A stretch of 57,406 nucleotides of DNA, filler included, from Squatina squatina (Eukaryota), in NCBI GenBank assembly GCA_031763465.1. It is 4 parts of 4 records of this genome, joined end to end, with 100 filler letters (N's around TTAATTAATTAA, not from the genome) between each part and the next. Parts side by side here need not be neighbours in the genome. Positions count along the whole stretch, not along the records: positions 30,170 to 44,390 come from JARFOE010000056.1; positions 44,491 to 57,406 come from JARFOE010000189.1; 2 more parts are not named here. The stretch is one strand, 5' to 3'. Shown piece by piece: positions 35,640-48,985 of this stretch. The notes beneath the pieces are model-generated. The model was not told the DNA's origin and made no database searches. It saw nothing but the letters and a program-made list of their open reading frames with translations. Position 1 is the first letter of the stretch. Each line of letters starts with the position of its first letter. Both the position numbers and the translations under genes were made by a program.

Positions 35640-36819
35640 CTTAAAAGAGAAAGGACAAACTGAATTGGTTGCCAGTGCACTCCTGCTGAGTGAAGGATGT
35701 CTGGAACTGGCTGCTCTGTGTTGCTAAGCTGCGGATAACNNNNNNNNNNNNNNNNNNNNNNNNNNNNNNNNNNNNNNNNNNNNNNNNNNNNNNNNNNNNN
35801 NNNNNNNNNNNNNNNNNNNNNNNNNNNNNNNNNNNNNNNCAAGTTGCTTACATGTTACGGGTCTTGACAATGACAGTAGATATGATGCAGATTTCCTACT
35901 TCACTTTACTCAAATAGGAAAGAGAAATTAACTCAAATGTTACTCCTCAGATGTGGATAGACCTGTGCAACTAAACATATCGTTAAATTAAATAGTGTTG
36001 CGTTCTAGTAAGGGTCATGAGTTCATTGGCAGTGATTTTATACCACTTTATAAGAAAAATTCGTTGTCTACTTTTTGAACATAGCTTCAAGACTACCACA
36101 CAATTGTATCGTTGCAAGATATCAGCCAAGCACATCTTAGCAGTCGCATATCAAAAGGCTACAACCCAAATAGGTGAGAGATCTCTCAACAAATACTATA
36201 CTTCATATATTGCCTCTTTTAAAGTCGTTTCTTCTCCATTCCATCTGTTGTTTATTGGTAACCATCCACCACCAGAAAAACAAAATCAGCAACCTATTTG
36301 AACCCATGGTCATTACGCATACCAGGCAGTCAGCACAGCTGCCAAGAGAAAATTCTTGGCACTGAGGATTAATGCACATGAAAAATCTACTTAATTTATA
36401 AACCAAAAATGGTTGAAGCGTCGCTGGGAAAACTACAAGGAATAATAACCAGTCATACCTTAAACTGCTAATGGAAAATGAACTCTTTCAGGGAAAATAA
36501 TGAGAAGCCCAGCAAACAGGATATGATCTGAATATCTTAACCCACATAAATATTTTTACACAGTGGAAATACTTGTCACCCTGAGTATTTCCTTTACCGT
36601 ACTTGAAGCTTGACAAACTTCGAACTAGTTTGCCAAGAGGTTTTCTGCTTGGGTCAGGATTAATTATCTTTGGGTGATTATCGTTGCAGAACAATGCTCA
36701 ATTCACAATAGTTGCACCTCAGCTTATTGAGCTGTTCCTTCTGTAAATCAGTCTGAATTAATAGTCAGATTGCCTCTCCGTAACAAGAATAAATAAAAAT
36801 GACCTTTTGCAGTTAGGAT

Positions 36820-37370
36820 TAGGGCGAACAATTGGTGTGCGGCAAAATGAGCCGCAGCATTGGGCTCCCTTAGCCCGGAATGCGCCCCGCTAGCAGCGAG
36901 GCACTGTGGTGCGGCATTGGCATCTTTGAGGCCGTCACGGTCTCGTGTTGCTACGCTGCTCACCCGGTGCTGATCCGGTCAATGCTGCCACGCTGCGGGC
37001 ACAACCCTGCATGGGCAAGCCGCGGGCCCGCTCATCCCTTAAGGGCAAAGGCTGCAGGCTTGCGCAGGCGATGAAGATCCAGAGCCCACGGGGCCTCAAG
37101 GTAAGTCTAAAAGGATTTTTCAAAGTGCCGGGACACCAGCCAGCGTGCCGGTAAGATGGGGAGGAGGTCCGCGGGGGAGATCGGCCGCCACTCATCGGCC
37201 AAAAGATGGCAGCCACCGGCACAGGCCATGCGTCTTTAAGGTGTCAGTGCCAGTGGCGTCGGAGGGGAGGCCACCACCAATTCCGGAGACAGTGCCCCCC
37301 GGTACACATGGGGGTTGCGGGCAGGCGCGAGGGGTCGGTGTGTGATGTGATGATGTTGCGCACCTGCCCC
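36820..37370. mobile_element. GC-rich non-autonomous DNA element
   Basis: CpG-rich stretch with the cccttaaggg motif shared with 28955-29649. Confidence 0.45.
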
Positions 37371-37470
37371 NNNNNNNNNNNNNNNNNNNNNNNNNNNNNN
37401 NNNNNNNNNNNNNNNNNNNNNNNNNNNNNNNNNNNNNNNNNNNNNNNNNNNNNNNNNNNNNNNNNNNNNN

Positions 37471-38023
37471 CACTCCCTCCTGACTGTATACCACTGTGGT
37501 GATGAAGGAGCCTGGGACATCTGTGAGAATGACTATGTCTGACTGTTGCTTGACTAGTTAGTGCGACATCTCTCCCAATTTTGGCACAAATCCCCTGATG
37601 TTAGTGATGAGGACTTTGCAGGGTCGACTGGGCTGGATGTGCCGTTAACGTATTCAAAGCCGGTGCCAAGGTCGATGCCAAGTAGTCTGTCCAGTTTTAT
37701 TCTTATTGTTACTTGCAGTGGTTTGTTACAACTGACTGAAGAGTCAACCACATTGTTGTGGGTCTGGAGTCACATATGGGCCAGACCGAGTAAGGACAGC
37801 AGATTTCCTTCCCAAAAAGGGTAATAGTGAACCAGATGGTGTTTTATGACAATCCGGTAGTGTCATGGTCACCATTACTGGCACCAGCTTTTTATTCCAG
37901 ATGTATTTAATTAACTGAATTTTTAAAGCCCCCAGTTCTCGTGATAGGACTTGAATGCATGACTTCATCTTATTCATCCAGCCCTCTGGATTACTAGTCC
38001 CACAGCTTAACCACTATGCTACC
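37471..38023 (-). mobile_element. tRNA-like SINE head contiguous with a LINE endonuclease N-terminus
   Basis: Reverse strand has an A-box (ggtagcatagtgg), a degenerate B-box (attcaagtcc), and later KVLITNIRGFVPKLGEMSH*LVKQQSDIVILT. Confidence 0.7.
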
Positions 38024-39709
38024 ATTCCCAGAATGCTTCAACAAAATTTCTAAAATCCATCTTCCAGTTTGTTTTCAAATTATTTGAAAAAACATTCATA
38101 AACAGGGTTATTATCCATGGAAAGGCACTTTGTCAGTTGCACTGTGAGAATCATACTGGCAGAATCTTCACAATGCACATGGTTAAATGGCAGCAGCCTG
38201 GGAGTTATAAGAACAGGTGTGGTGAGTAACTCTCATCAGCTGACAGTAATAGCTCAAGGAAGCATATCAATTCCAGGCGTTGGCTTTTAAAAGATACTAA
38301 ACCAAGCATCGGTCTCACATAATGCCAGCTTCACATTGGAGGAGAGGAGCAAATTTTCAGTTTTCTCTCGATCAGCTGTACTTCCCATCTTCAGAGCAGC
38401 AATAGTATTATACAGTCAAAGTGTGGGTCTACAGTTCTGTCCTTGGACCAAGTCATTCTCATTGCTCAAGTTAAACCCAGCGATGGAGTCCTGCACACCT
38501 ACAGCCTCTGCAATTGGGCCTCCATATTACACAGAGGAGCTCAGCTGCCCTATATAGACCGAAGCCCAACAACAAATCTATTCAGGGAAGAGTGATGCAC
38601 GATTGCTTTCTCCAGAAAAGAACACAAAATGCAAAGTATAAAAGCATTTCAAGCACTGCCTTACAATGTAAGACTGTAATGCTCCTTGATGGAGGCATTA
38701 AAGTGACCCATATTAGATAAATAATTAAGAGATTAGCATTTATATTTAGGAGAAGATATCATTAGTTTCCTGTTTCAAGAGCTCTGCCAATGTAAGGACT
38801 TGTTAATAAAATCAATACATTACAACAGATTATCAGTCAAAGTTAACACCCATCAGTGTGTGCTGTGCTTTGCAATATGGCCCTTGGAAGAAGTACTGTG
38901 GAAGCTTAATTAACTTCAGCTAACATACAGTCAACAAACAAAGGAGCTTCAGCTTCAACTGTGCATGTTAATGCAGGTGCCACTCTTTCGTTCCCCTGGT
39001 AATGTCATCAGCAGTCATCATGCAAATTAAATGCATTGTGTAAATGTCATCAGTAGTTGCTTAAGTGACGTTAATTCTTTCAAAAAAAATCAATAGAAAC
39101 AAGCAAAGAATAAACTTTTCTTTCACTGCATCATTTTCAAAAGGTTAATGATGGCAGAGTGTCTCAGTTGTGTCAGAATGAACAACGCTTTGCCTTAAAG
39201 AACTGTAACCTGGAGTGATAAGAGCTGCTCGTATACTTACATTTAAATGGGAGTTTTACACCTGAATAAATTAGATTTAAAACAGGATTCAGTTTCGGCA
39301 GGAGCTGCATTTAACAGCAAGAGCTGTTCTGAGAGATTAATTCCAGTACACAGGCTCATCTTAGCACTGTAAATAATTGCAAATGGGTACTCCGGCACAA
39401 ATGAAAATAAAAGACTTGACGACAACTCTCACGGGATTTGATAGAATGGAATCGCTCGCGGCATCTCTGCAGACGTGGCCCTTTCATTCAGTTTTTTCCT
39501 TCGCCAGCATGGTCTCTGCTTGGTGTCTGCCCCCACGTTCTGTGGCCCAGAACAGCTGAGATTGCAAGCAACAATGTGGGGTGACCATGGGATCAAGCCT
39601 GGGTCCTACCACTTTTTAACCGTACTCTGATGCCAGAGTTGCCACGGTTTCTGCACATATAGATCATTTTTGGAATAGGCTGTCTGGAAATTTCTATTGT
39701 TTCAACTGG

Positions 39710-39784
39710 ACATAGAACATAGAACATAGAAAATACAGCACATAACAGGCCCTTCGGCCCACGATGTTGTGCCGAACCTTTGTC
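39710..39784 (-). mobile_element. CR1 3' terminus with (catagaa)n tail
   Basis: catagaacatagaacatagaa...acaggcccttcggccca. Confidence 0.75.
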
Positions 39785-41055
39785 NNNNNNNNNNNNNNNN
39801 NNNNNNNNNNNNNNNNNNNNNNNNNNNNNNNNNNNNNNNNNNNNNNNNNNNNNNNNNNNNNNNNNNNNNNNNNNNNNNNNNNNNTATGGAAAATGTTCCA
39901 AATGGAGTGCCACCAATTTTTTCACCCACTTGCGCCATGCCTTAATTACACTTTTCCCACAGTATCTCACCTTAGCTAGGGTGGCCACTGACAGAACTCA
40001 AGGATACCGGACACTTTGCGTGTGGATGGCAGTGGGGGTGGGGCCATGGATCACATCGAGCCCTGCCAAGTCACTGCCCTCCTGTTGACTCTGTCTCTGT
40101 AAACGGTTGCTGCAGCCCTTTAAATAGCTTCAGCAATGCTTAGAAATTCCTGTCAGCTGTGTGAACGCCAGCATAGGCAGCCCACCATACCTGTGGGAGC
40201 TTGTCATCAATTGAAACAATATGCAAATAACAAATTCTAGGTGGGAATATCTGTGTGAGAAAAGTGAACAGGACCACACACATTGCACTATTCATGACAG
40301 GAACTTTTGCACTCGATTGATAGGAAGGACTTGTGTAAAAAAAATACTAAAGGGACCAGGCATGCATTCTGCCTGCACAGCCTAGAATTAGCCACATTCC
40401 GCCAACAGATTTCCCTACCAGATTACCAACCAGTGCTTTTCTAAACTAATTAAAAAACAAATTAGAAAAAGCCTTTATTTATTTTGTCACTGTGGCTTCA
40501 GCACAGATGTCAAGCATTTGCCTGCCTCCCACTATGATGGAGGGAAACTGGGAGCAGGAAGGAAAAAATAGCACTGTTCATTCACAGGGGACAATTTGTC
40601 CTTCTGTGTGCAAGTGGTCAGATTTTATAGATGAGCAAACCAGTCAGAAGCATTTGAGTTGGATCAAATTTAGCAAATTAATCAAAGCTGCGTGAATTCC
40701 AGTCATTTGATTTGCGATTTGGTCAGCGCTCATTCTGACTTTGAACTGAGAGTCAGCCACAAACCTACTAGCTTGCCTGCAGCAGCTCCAAGTTGTTTTT
40801 TTTAAGGAAATGCTGACAATACACATTCTGCCAGAGTTCCCAATCTGGCTCGACAGAAGTCTACGAGCTGAGCCAGATTTTCACTCCGATTCCGGCCTAA
40901 TTCCAAATTTGATGGCCTCGATGGGTAGGGTGCCCACACATTCTGGCTTTGCCAAGACAGTCCATTTTTTTTTTAAGTAAATGTCCCGGTGTCCCGACAC
41001 TTACCTGTAAATCGCTAAAATGTCACGGTTTCCAGCGAGTGAGAACGGAAAACCA

Positions 41056-41177
41056 ACTGCACATGCGCAGTCCCGACTAAGAACTGACTGCATATGCTTC
41101 CCGACTGAGAACTGACTGCGCATACACAGTCCTGACTGAGAGCTGACTGCGTATGCGCAGTCCCGACGGAGAGCTGA
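41056..41177. repeat. ~31-bp tandem repeat, four copies, with a palindromic actgcgcatgcgcagt consensus
   Basis: Units such as actgcacatgcgcagtcccgactaagaactg and actgcgtatgcgcagtcccgacggagagctg. Confidence 0.8.
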
Positions 41178-42277
41178 GGGCNNNNNNNNNNNNNNNNNNN
41201 NNNNNNNNNNNNNNNNNNNNNNNNNNNNNNNNNNNNNNNNNNNNNNNNNNNNNNNNNNNNNNNNNNNNNNNNNNNNNNNNNCATCCCTTCAATCCTGTAC
41301 TCGGTAGGTTTTTATTGAATTACTTCTCAGAACTGTGCACATGTGTGCAATGGTTGAGGACAGGATCAGAGTTCCTCGTGCTCTGAAGTTTGCTGACACC
41401 CTCTGCCCATGCTCAAGTATTAACAATATGCACTTGGACGAGGGTAGCTGGCAACCAATGGAATGGCTCTCCAGTGTGGGTTAGCACATTCAGAAGGAGG
41501 GAGAAGACCAGAGAGAAATTGAAAAAGAAAATGCAGGAAATAAGTCTGCTCATTATAAAGCAATTTATAGGAGTAAACAAAGGGTTGAAAATAGTTACGA
41601 GAGAAGTGCGTTTACCATTCAGTCATCCTCTGCTCTCCCACCATGCGACTCCCAAACAGATTTTAATGAACAATATCAATACAGAAAAAGCCATCAGGTC
41701 TGAAGGTCGGTGTGGAAAACGTGAATAAGAAATGGTCTGTGTGTTTTGTGCTCTGTTCACATTCTCCTGTGAATTACTCAATGCTCCAGTCCCTGTCACC
41801 ACTTTGCTTGGCAGGTGTGAAATATTAATTGCATCACTGGAGAGTAGCTGACTCTGTCATGTCTGACCACAGTCACACTCATCGGTAAATATAATTATAC
41901 GGGTTCTGTTCTTTAATCAGCACTCATGAGCTGATTAATTAGAAACAGAGGGTTCCTCTTTGCAAAGGTATTTTGCTAATTGCGAGAGAAAAAGAGATGA
42001 ATTCAAAGAGCCGGCACNNNNNNNNNNNNNNNNNNNNNNNNNNNNNNNNNNNNNNNNNNNNNNNNNNNNNNNNNNNNNNNNNNNNNNNNNNNNNNNNNNN
42101 NNNNNNNNNNNNNNNNNCGCTGCTGGCTTCTGCCATGTGGGGCTCATGCAGGCAGCACCCGATGCGCACAACCTGTGCAGCACTAGCGGCCTGAAAGACA
42201 ACTTGTCGGACTTACTAAGGCCGACTGCCGGAAGATCTTTCTTTTTTGGCCAGACCTTTTAAAATGGTTGGACTTAC

Positions 42278-42335
42278 CAAATCCAGAAAATTGACTTGGG
42301 GTTGCTGCTCGCCAAGCAAAGCTGACGATACTGGC
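42278..42335 (-). CDS. Candidate 58-nt exon upstream of the CD34 tail exon, identity uncertain
   Basis: cttttgtactggttttatgccag| acceptor and TTG|gtaagt donor. All three frames are open. Confidence 0.3.
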
Positions 42336-43757
42336 CTGGCATAAAACCAGTACAAAAGCAATTAAAGATTGAGACAGGTTACTTTGGTGATGAGAGAGCC
42401 CATATACATATATATATATTAATATTTGTCTAATGCCATTTACCAATGTAACAGCCATCACACTCCAAAGATAATTCATTACGTGAAGTGCTTTGAGACG
42501 TTTTGATGATGTGATAAAGCACTACATAAATGTAAATACTTTCTGTTTGTGTCTGATGGCCTCTATCTAATAAAAAAGACAGGCCTTCTTTATTTTTCTC
42601 CATTACATGTGAAGAATATGGTTGCTGTTTATACTGATATACTGTACCTTAACTCACCCAGTGATTAAGGCTGTGCATTTGCTAAATAGATGATACTCAA
42701 CTGTGAAGTCACTGAAGATGGAATTTATCTCACAACCAAACTGTGTGATGCCAATCATGCTAAATTTAACATTCAATGGCTTACCGTCAAGTCTTCAGCT
42801 CATATCGCCACAGTATCATAAAATGCAATGAAAATATGTTCTTTTATTACTGCACTATATTAACTGTACTTGGGTATGGATTTTTATAAAGGCAGGAGTT
42901 GCTTTAATACCTTTATCTTTCTGTGCGAAGTGGCTTTTAGCTTTCTCCAGAAGATTTTCTTTCATTTCTTGAAAATCCTCTCAGCAAGGATTATAGTTTG
43001 AAATTATGAGCAGGTAAAGGCACAACAATCTTTTATTTTATTAACTCGGCAAAAAGTTGGCTTACATTTCTAGTTGCCTGATCTTTTGGAGATTCTAAAT
43101 ATTAGAATATATATAAATCTAACTAGTACCAGCCTTACTGCAAGCTACCAACATAACACAGCTCATTTTTGTACTTTGCCAAATTGTGCAATTTAAAAAT
43201 AAAATTATATTTATATTTAGAAATCAAGATTAGCATGACAAATTTGTTCAATTACATTGTTTCAGAGCATTAGCTGAACGAATTCTGGGACTAAGTAGGA
43301 AATTAGTCCCAGTTCTCTCACCTGAATAAGTTATGTAAATGAGAGTCCAGTGAACAACAGTACTCAACATTCTCCACATGAATGGAACAATCAGTGTTTT
43401 ATTGGGTCAAATGCAAGTGTTATGTATTAGGATTGAGGTTTTGAGTTTGCCTTGTACAAACTAAGGTTGCTCAATTGTGGGAGTATAAAGTCATGTGATC
43501 TTTGTAAGCCCACCCCTCTTTCTCCAGTGACTCCTCGTCCTCACTTGAGTTCACATGAACTTGGAGTTCCTGCCTGGAGCTCAGAGCAGGGCTAGTTGAT
43601 GTAAAGCCAAGTGTATAGTTCCCAGCCTAGACCCAGCCTTAGTCTAGTGCTGGAGAGNNNNNNNNNNNNNNNNNNNNNNNNNNNNNNNNNNNNNNNNNNN
43701 NNNNNNNNNNNNNNNNNNNNNNNNNNNNNNNNNNNNNNNNNNNNNNNNNNNNNNNNN

Positions 43758-43900
43758 ATGTCCTTCTATTTCTTTTTCCCTCATGTGCTTATCTTGCTTC
43801 CCTTAAATGCATCTGTGCTACTTGCCTCAACTACTCCCTGTGGTAGCCAGTTCCACACTCTAACCACTCTCTGGATAAAGAAGTTTCTCCTGCAATCCCT
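43758..43900 (-). mobile_element. CR1 LINE 3' region fragment
   Basis: ccagttccacactctaaccactctctggataaagaagtttctcc reads RNFFIQRVVRVWN on the reverse strand. Confidence 0.75.
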
Positions 43901-44434
43901 ATCGTATCTTGCTTTCAGGACTCAAAGGAAAATTGCCATTTAAGTTTAAAGAGCGTAATAATTATAATTTCTTTAAAGCTGCACTTTAGGATTAGAAATC
44001 ATTTCAGAGAATGGAATCCCAATCATCAGCACACGCCCCATTATCTTGAAATCCTGGTGGGAGGGGGTCTTCCAATAAGAGGACGCCCTTTAACTGAGTA
44101 TATAATGTAGATTGAAGATACCTCACATACGCAGGTGCATTACAGCAGTCTTTTCATAAGTGTGAATGACTCATAATTCACAGCACTGTAGAGATCAGCA
44201 AATTATGGCATTCTCCTACACGAGTGAAAGCAATGTCTGGATTGCATTGTTACAGATGAGCCCACTCTGTTTCTTCCACAGGAACATGGCTCCCAGCAGG
44301 ACCTGCAGTGGCCCGATCCATAAATTCTGGAAATTGTACTGGATGCTGACCATTAAGCATAATTTCAGGCGTGTAAATTGTAATTTTATTNNNNNNNNNN
44401 NNNNNNNNNNNNNNNNNNNNNNNNNNNNNNNNNN

Positions 44435-44446
44435 TTAATTAATTAA
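44435..44446. other. Artificial scaffold-joining linker
   Basis: N44-TTAATTAATTAA-N44. Confidence 0.95.
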
Positions 44447-44687
44447 NNNNNNNNNNNNNNNNNNNNNNNNNNNNNNNNNNNNNNNNNNNNGGCTGACTTC
44501 CCCCTTCGCTTCAGGGACACAAAAGCGACTTACCGCATCTTCATTACAGACTATCTGAGATCAGACAACCTGAACTAGAGCAAAGATCTTCCTGCTTTAT
44601 AACACGTCACTTGTTTCATTCAACCACTGATTCATTGGAGCCTGTAGTTACATTTTACAATGGAATTATTTTACATTCCTTTTATAG

Positions 44688-44759
44688 GGATCTGTCAAAC
44701 AACAGGATTGGATGTCTGAGTCCTGAGATATTTGTGGGCCTCACCAGTTTGTCTAAACT
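44688..44759 (+). CDS. ADGRA-family adhesion GPCR (GPR123/124/125 group), 72-nt LRR exon (DLSNNRIGCLSPEIFVGLTSLSKL)
   Basis: ttccttttatag| acceptor, CT|gtaagt donor, phase 2-2. LDL(S/T)NNRIGCL is characteristic of the ADGRA2/ADGRA3 LRRs. Confidence 0.85.
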
Positions 44760-45103
44760 GTAAGTACATAACCTTTCATTGCTTTTAGTTACCTAATTAA
44801 GATTTTTTAAAATAATATTTAGACAAAAGGGAAAGTTACAAGACAACAGAATATCAAAGCAATTAGGCCATCTTAACCCAGAACCCGGCCAGTTTGCTTT
44901 TCATACATTTGTTCTTAGGTGACGCGAGCAAGACTGCATTTAAATCCCGTGCCCTGAAACAATTGTTTTTTTTTGTACAAATGCTAGGTCACTTGAGAGG
45001 GCANNNNNNNNNNNNNNNNNNNNNNNNNNNNNNNNNNNNNNNNNNNNNNNNNNNNNNNNNNNNNNNNNNNNNNNNNNNNNNNNNNNNNNNNNNNNNNNNN
45101 NNN

Positions 45104-45485
45104 TCCCAATCCTCAGGTTTGCTGCTTTTTCTGGCCAATTTATATGTCTCCTCCTTGGATCTAATGCTATCCCTAATTTCCCTTGTAAGTCACGGTTGAG
45201 CCACCTTTCCTGTTTTATTTTTATGCCAGAAAGGAATGAACAATTGTTGTAGTTCCTCCATGCGCTCTTTAAATGTTTGCCATTGCTTATCCACCGTCAA
45301 CCCTTTAAGTAACGTTCCCCAGTCTATCATAGCCAACTCGCATCTCATACCATCGTAATTTCCTTTATTAGGTCCAGGACCCTAGTCTCAGAATCAACTA
45401 CGTCACTCTCCATCTTAATCAAGAATTCTATCATATTATGTTCACTCTTCCCCAAGGGGCCTCGCACAACAAGATTGCGAATTAA
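45104..45485 (-). mobile_element. CR1 LINE ORF2 fragment, endonuclease-RT linker region
   Basis: Reverse-strand remnants such as SEHNMIEF, RCELAMIDW and QPWLTREI (with a stop). Confidence 0.7.
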
Positions 45486-48400
45486 TGGTCAGCTTTGAAT
45501 GCACCAAGCCTTTTCCCAACTTAAAACACAGGAGTCGCAGATCAGCACGAGGCAGCAGCGGCTTTTGTGAAAGAAAAGGCCTTTGTGGAATGGGGGAGCT
45601 CTTTACCCAGCATCCACAGCACTGTATCTCTGGGCTTGATAGCTTGCACAATTCTCTGCCGCTATCGATGCTGGTTTAAAAAAAAACTCCCCATTAACCT
45701 GCTTTGTATATTTTCATTTTATACCTGAGTTATGAATCGCTATTTTATTGAACTGAAATGGAGTTAGATTACTTATTTATATATATTAAACAGAGGATCA
45801 AATATACATACTGGGAATTACAGGCTGATTACAGACCTCCAGCTTTTTAAATTCGAATATAAATTGCCATCATGCAATACAGCTTAGTATTTTAACCCAC
45901 AAACAACATAGAATTCTCACATATAACAAAGATTTCAATGTCGTATTTAGGAATAATTCATTCGTGTATTTTTTGTTTACATATGTTCACTTGAATAATT
46001 AGAAAATGACTTTCAGTCTCACACTATCTGTTCAGTGCTCGCAAAAGCCTTTTTCAAGTAATGTTGTTATTGCTGCAATCATAATTGGAAGTGTCAGATT
46101 TAATTTGACATGAAGAAATGTAAACTGCAATGCTGAAAAGTTGATTGCATGTAATTCACAAGTGCGCATTTGGTAATTTGAATCCATGTGTCTGGTTGTA
46201 CTATGACAGAGTACAATTGTACTAGTGTAAGGTATCAAGCCTGGAAACAACAGAGTACAGATTAAAAAAAAAACATTTTGCAAATGTGTTATTGTAATGA
46301 AAGCAGTGGCTGGCTGTGTAACAGAGAGTCTATTGATTGCAGTTTATTTAACAGCTTGCAGCATGGCAACAGGTTTCAGTCAGTAGTCGCCAGGAAGGAT
46401 TCCCAGGTCAGATTTCACCTGGTTAACTCCTCCGCTGTCCTTTCGACAAAGCTTCAACAACAGTTTGACAAGAGTAGCCATGAGGCCACCAAGGTGATAA
46501 CCTTCCAATTTGTACTGCAGTCATCCTGTGGCCTCTGTGAATGAAACGGCCAATTTAGTGCCAAATTTAGAGGATGTTTTGCGCTGTGGGCCCTAGGTGC
46601 GGAGCTGAAACTACAAAACTCGTTTTTCCAAGGAGACTCGCAATCGATCGGCCTAAGATGGATTTAAACTCAAGTCTTGGAGGCAACAGGCCAGTGTCAA
46701 ACCTGCTGCACCACTCAGTCTCTCCATTACGAACAGTTTATATGCACGCTTCTTGATAGGGACAGATTTGGTGATAGTGTGTTTTATTTATCCGGTAGAA
46801 TCATAGAATAGAATAGTTCAAACAAAAGCAAACCAGTCCAATACTTTTGTGCTCTATGTTTTCCAATAACATACCACTCAACAATAAGGGGATTTGTTGA
46901 ATTAAATCTCTCACGGAATAAGTAAGCCCTAACTGCATCGTGATACCTCCCTCATATAAAATACAGACATGCTAACTTGAACCAGGAATACTCCTTACTT
47001 ATGGATCCATCACGTCCCTGAAAGTACTAAGCACAGCATTACTAGTCTGAGGCACTGCTTGCTATATGAAAGTGAAGGCTCCTGTCATTCACCGTCAAAA
47101 ATAATCTTGTAATTCTGCAGGTCGCATGCCATGAAACGGATATTCCTTCAGGTTATACACTGCTTGACATCCTGAAATGTGGCGCCACAGCACAAAGGAA
47201 AATAACATGTGCAAGGCATGATTGTATCCTTGAAAGAATAAACCTTTCTACTTCTTGGTGTAAAGAAAATGTGCACGCAAGAGAGAGAGAATATAAGCAA
47301 AGGAGTGTGTAGGGTGTAAAAGAGAGAGAGTGAGCAAGTGCAGACGAGGTGAAGTTTTTGCACATCTAGTGCAAAAATGGAGCAATTCCGTGTGGCCCGT
47401 TTTNNNNNNNNNNNNNNNNNNNNNNNNNNNNNNNNNNNNNNNNNNNNNNNNNNNNNNNNNNNNNNNNNNNNNNNNNNNNNNNNNNNNNNNNNNNNNNNNN
47501 NNNAGAGTATTTAGAATGGTCTGTGGAACATAACATTTGAAGTGTCTTACCTTGCTTGACATGTTGATAGCTGGATTAGATTAAATAGTAAAACTCATAG
47601 AATTCAGGAAATTTGATTTTTTTTATTGGCAGCCATGAAATTAAAGAATGTGACTGAACAATTTATGTAAGCTTTAGGAGACACAGCAGCTCTGCTCACC
47701 ATAATGACAAGTTGAAAACAAACTAAATCAGTTGACATAGACAGGAAATGAGGCACTGAAAATCGGTTCTGACAGGTGCTGCTACAAACACAAGATATGG
47801 TGGCATTCAAAGGTTAGAAAAGGGAATTGTGCAGAACTTGTCAATTGTTTTGGGAAGGAAAAATTACTGGTTATAACCAGTTCCAAAAACCAACCAGCTT
47901 GGCTGTTTATTTTGTGGCACAATTTGAGTTGTTAGACGGTTACATGTAAGCATGTTTCAGGAAATTTTTGTTTAGTCTAGTGTTCCAGCTTAGTATAGCG
48001 TTTAGTGCCTCTTCAGTGAGGGGTGAGAAGTTTGCTTCAGCTCTGAAAAGGGCTACGAAAAGAAATGACTCAGGATTTCACAATTCAATGTAGTGTGAAA
48101 ACACCACCATTTTGGAGTCTAGCATCTTCCACTAAATGGGCCCTGGTCTGTCTGTCAGGCAGTGAAAGATCCCAAGGTTGGGTGGTAGGACATCTGTTTA
48201 AATGATGTGCATTGAAGTAGTATTGGATTTATCTGTGGTGATGCTGCCAATTCCACAGGCCCATTGGACATTTTCCTTAGGTTGTCATCTTGTGAAATGA
48301 GTAAGCAGCTGGAGTTTTTGTGCTCTCGTCCGTAGGCTTGGCGACATTCACTTAGTGGAGTTTCGTTTCTATTTTGACAAAGTTCGTAGAAGTTGAAAGA

Positions 48401-48719
48401 ATTACTCAAAATACAGTATCAATAAGAAAAATAACCATCAATACTTCCAGGATATGATACCATGCCNNNNNNNNNNNNNNNNNNNNNNNNNNNNNNNNNN
48501 NNNNNNNNNNNNNNNNNNNNNNNNNNNNNNNNNNNNNNNNNNNNNNNNNNNNNNNNNNNNNNNNNNCAGTGTCTTTAGGATTTGACTATCACAGCCATAG
48601 GTTGAGAGTGAACGCTGAGAAGTACTTCTGATCTGGGATAATCCCAAAGGAGCTAGGGTTGTAAAAATCACCACAGATCAAGGGGAGCTGTCTGGGCTTT
48701 CTCTTGTTTAAGATGGTCA

Positions 48720-48985
48720 TTACCAGGCATTTATATGTTGGCCCAAGCCTAGATGTTGTCCAGATCATGCTGTATGCTGACAGGGGCTCCTTGATTATCA
48801 CAAGTTGTATATGAAGCTGAACACTCTGGAATTGTTAGCAAACAGCTGTACTCCTATGGCAAAGGAGAGGCATTTGATGAAGCAGCTGAAGATGATTTGG
48901 CCTGGGACACTGCTCTGAAGAACTCTCGCAGTGATGTCCTGGGGCAGTGATGACTGGCCTCCAACAACCAGAATCATTCTCATTT
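48720..48985 (-). mobile_element. Decayed CR1-group LINE reverse transcriptase fragment
   Basis: VVGGQSSLPQDITARVLQSSVPGQIIFSCFI...LFANNS is a decayed GVPQGSVLGP..F..FINDL...FADD. Confidence 0.75.

Noticed and set aside
37940-38023. tRNA gene
   Set aside because: A and B boxes are present but there is no intact cloverleaf, and it continues into a retroelement body.
44282-44323. Plus-strand acceptor followed by EHGSQQDLQWPDP*
   Set aside because: It is a single short frame with no partner exon or recognisable homology.
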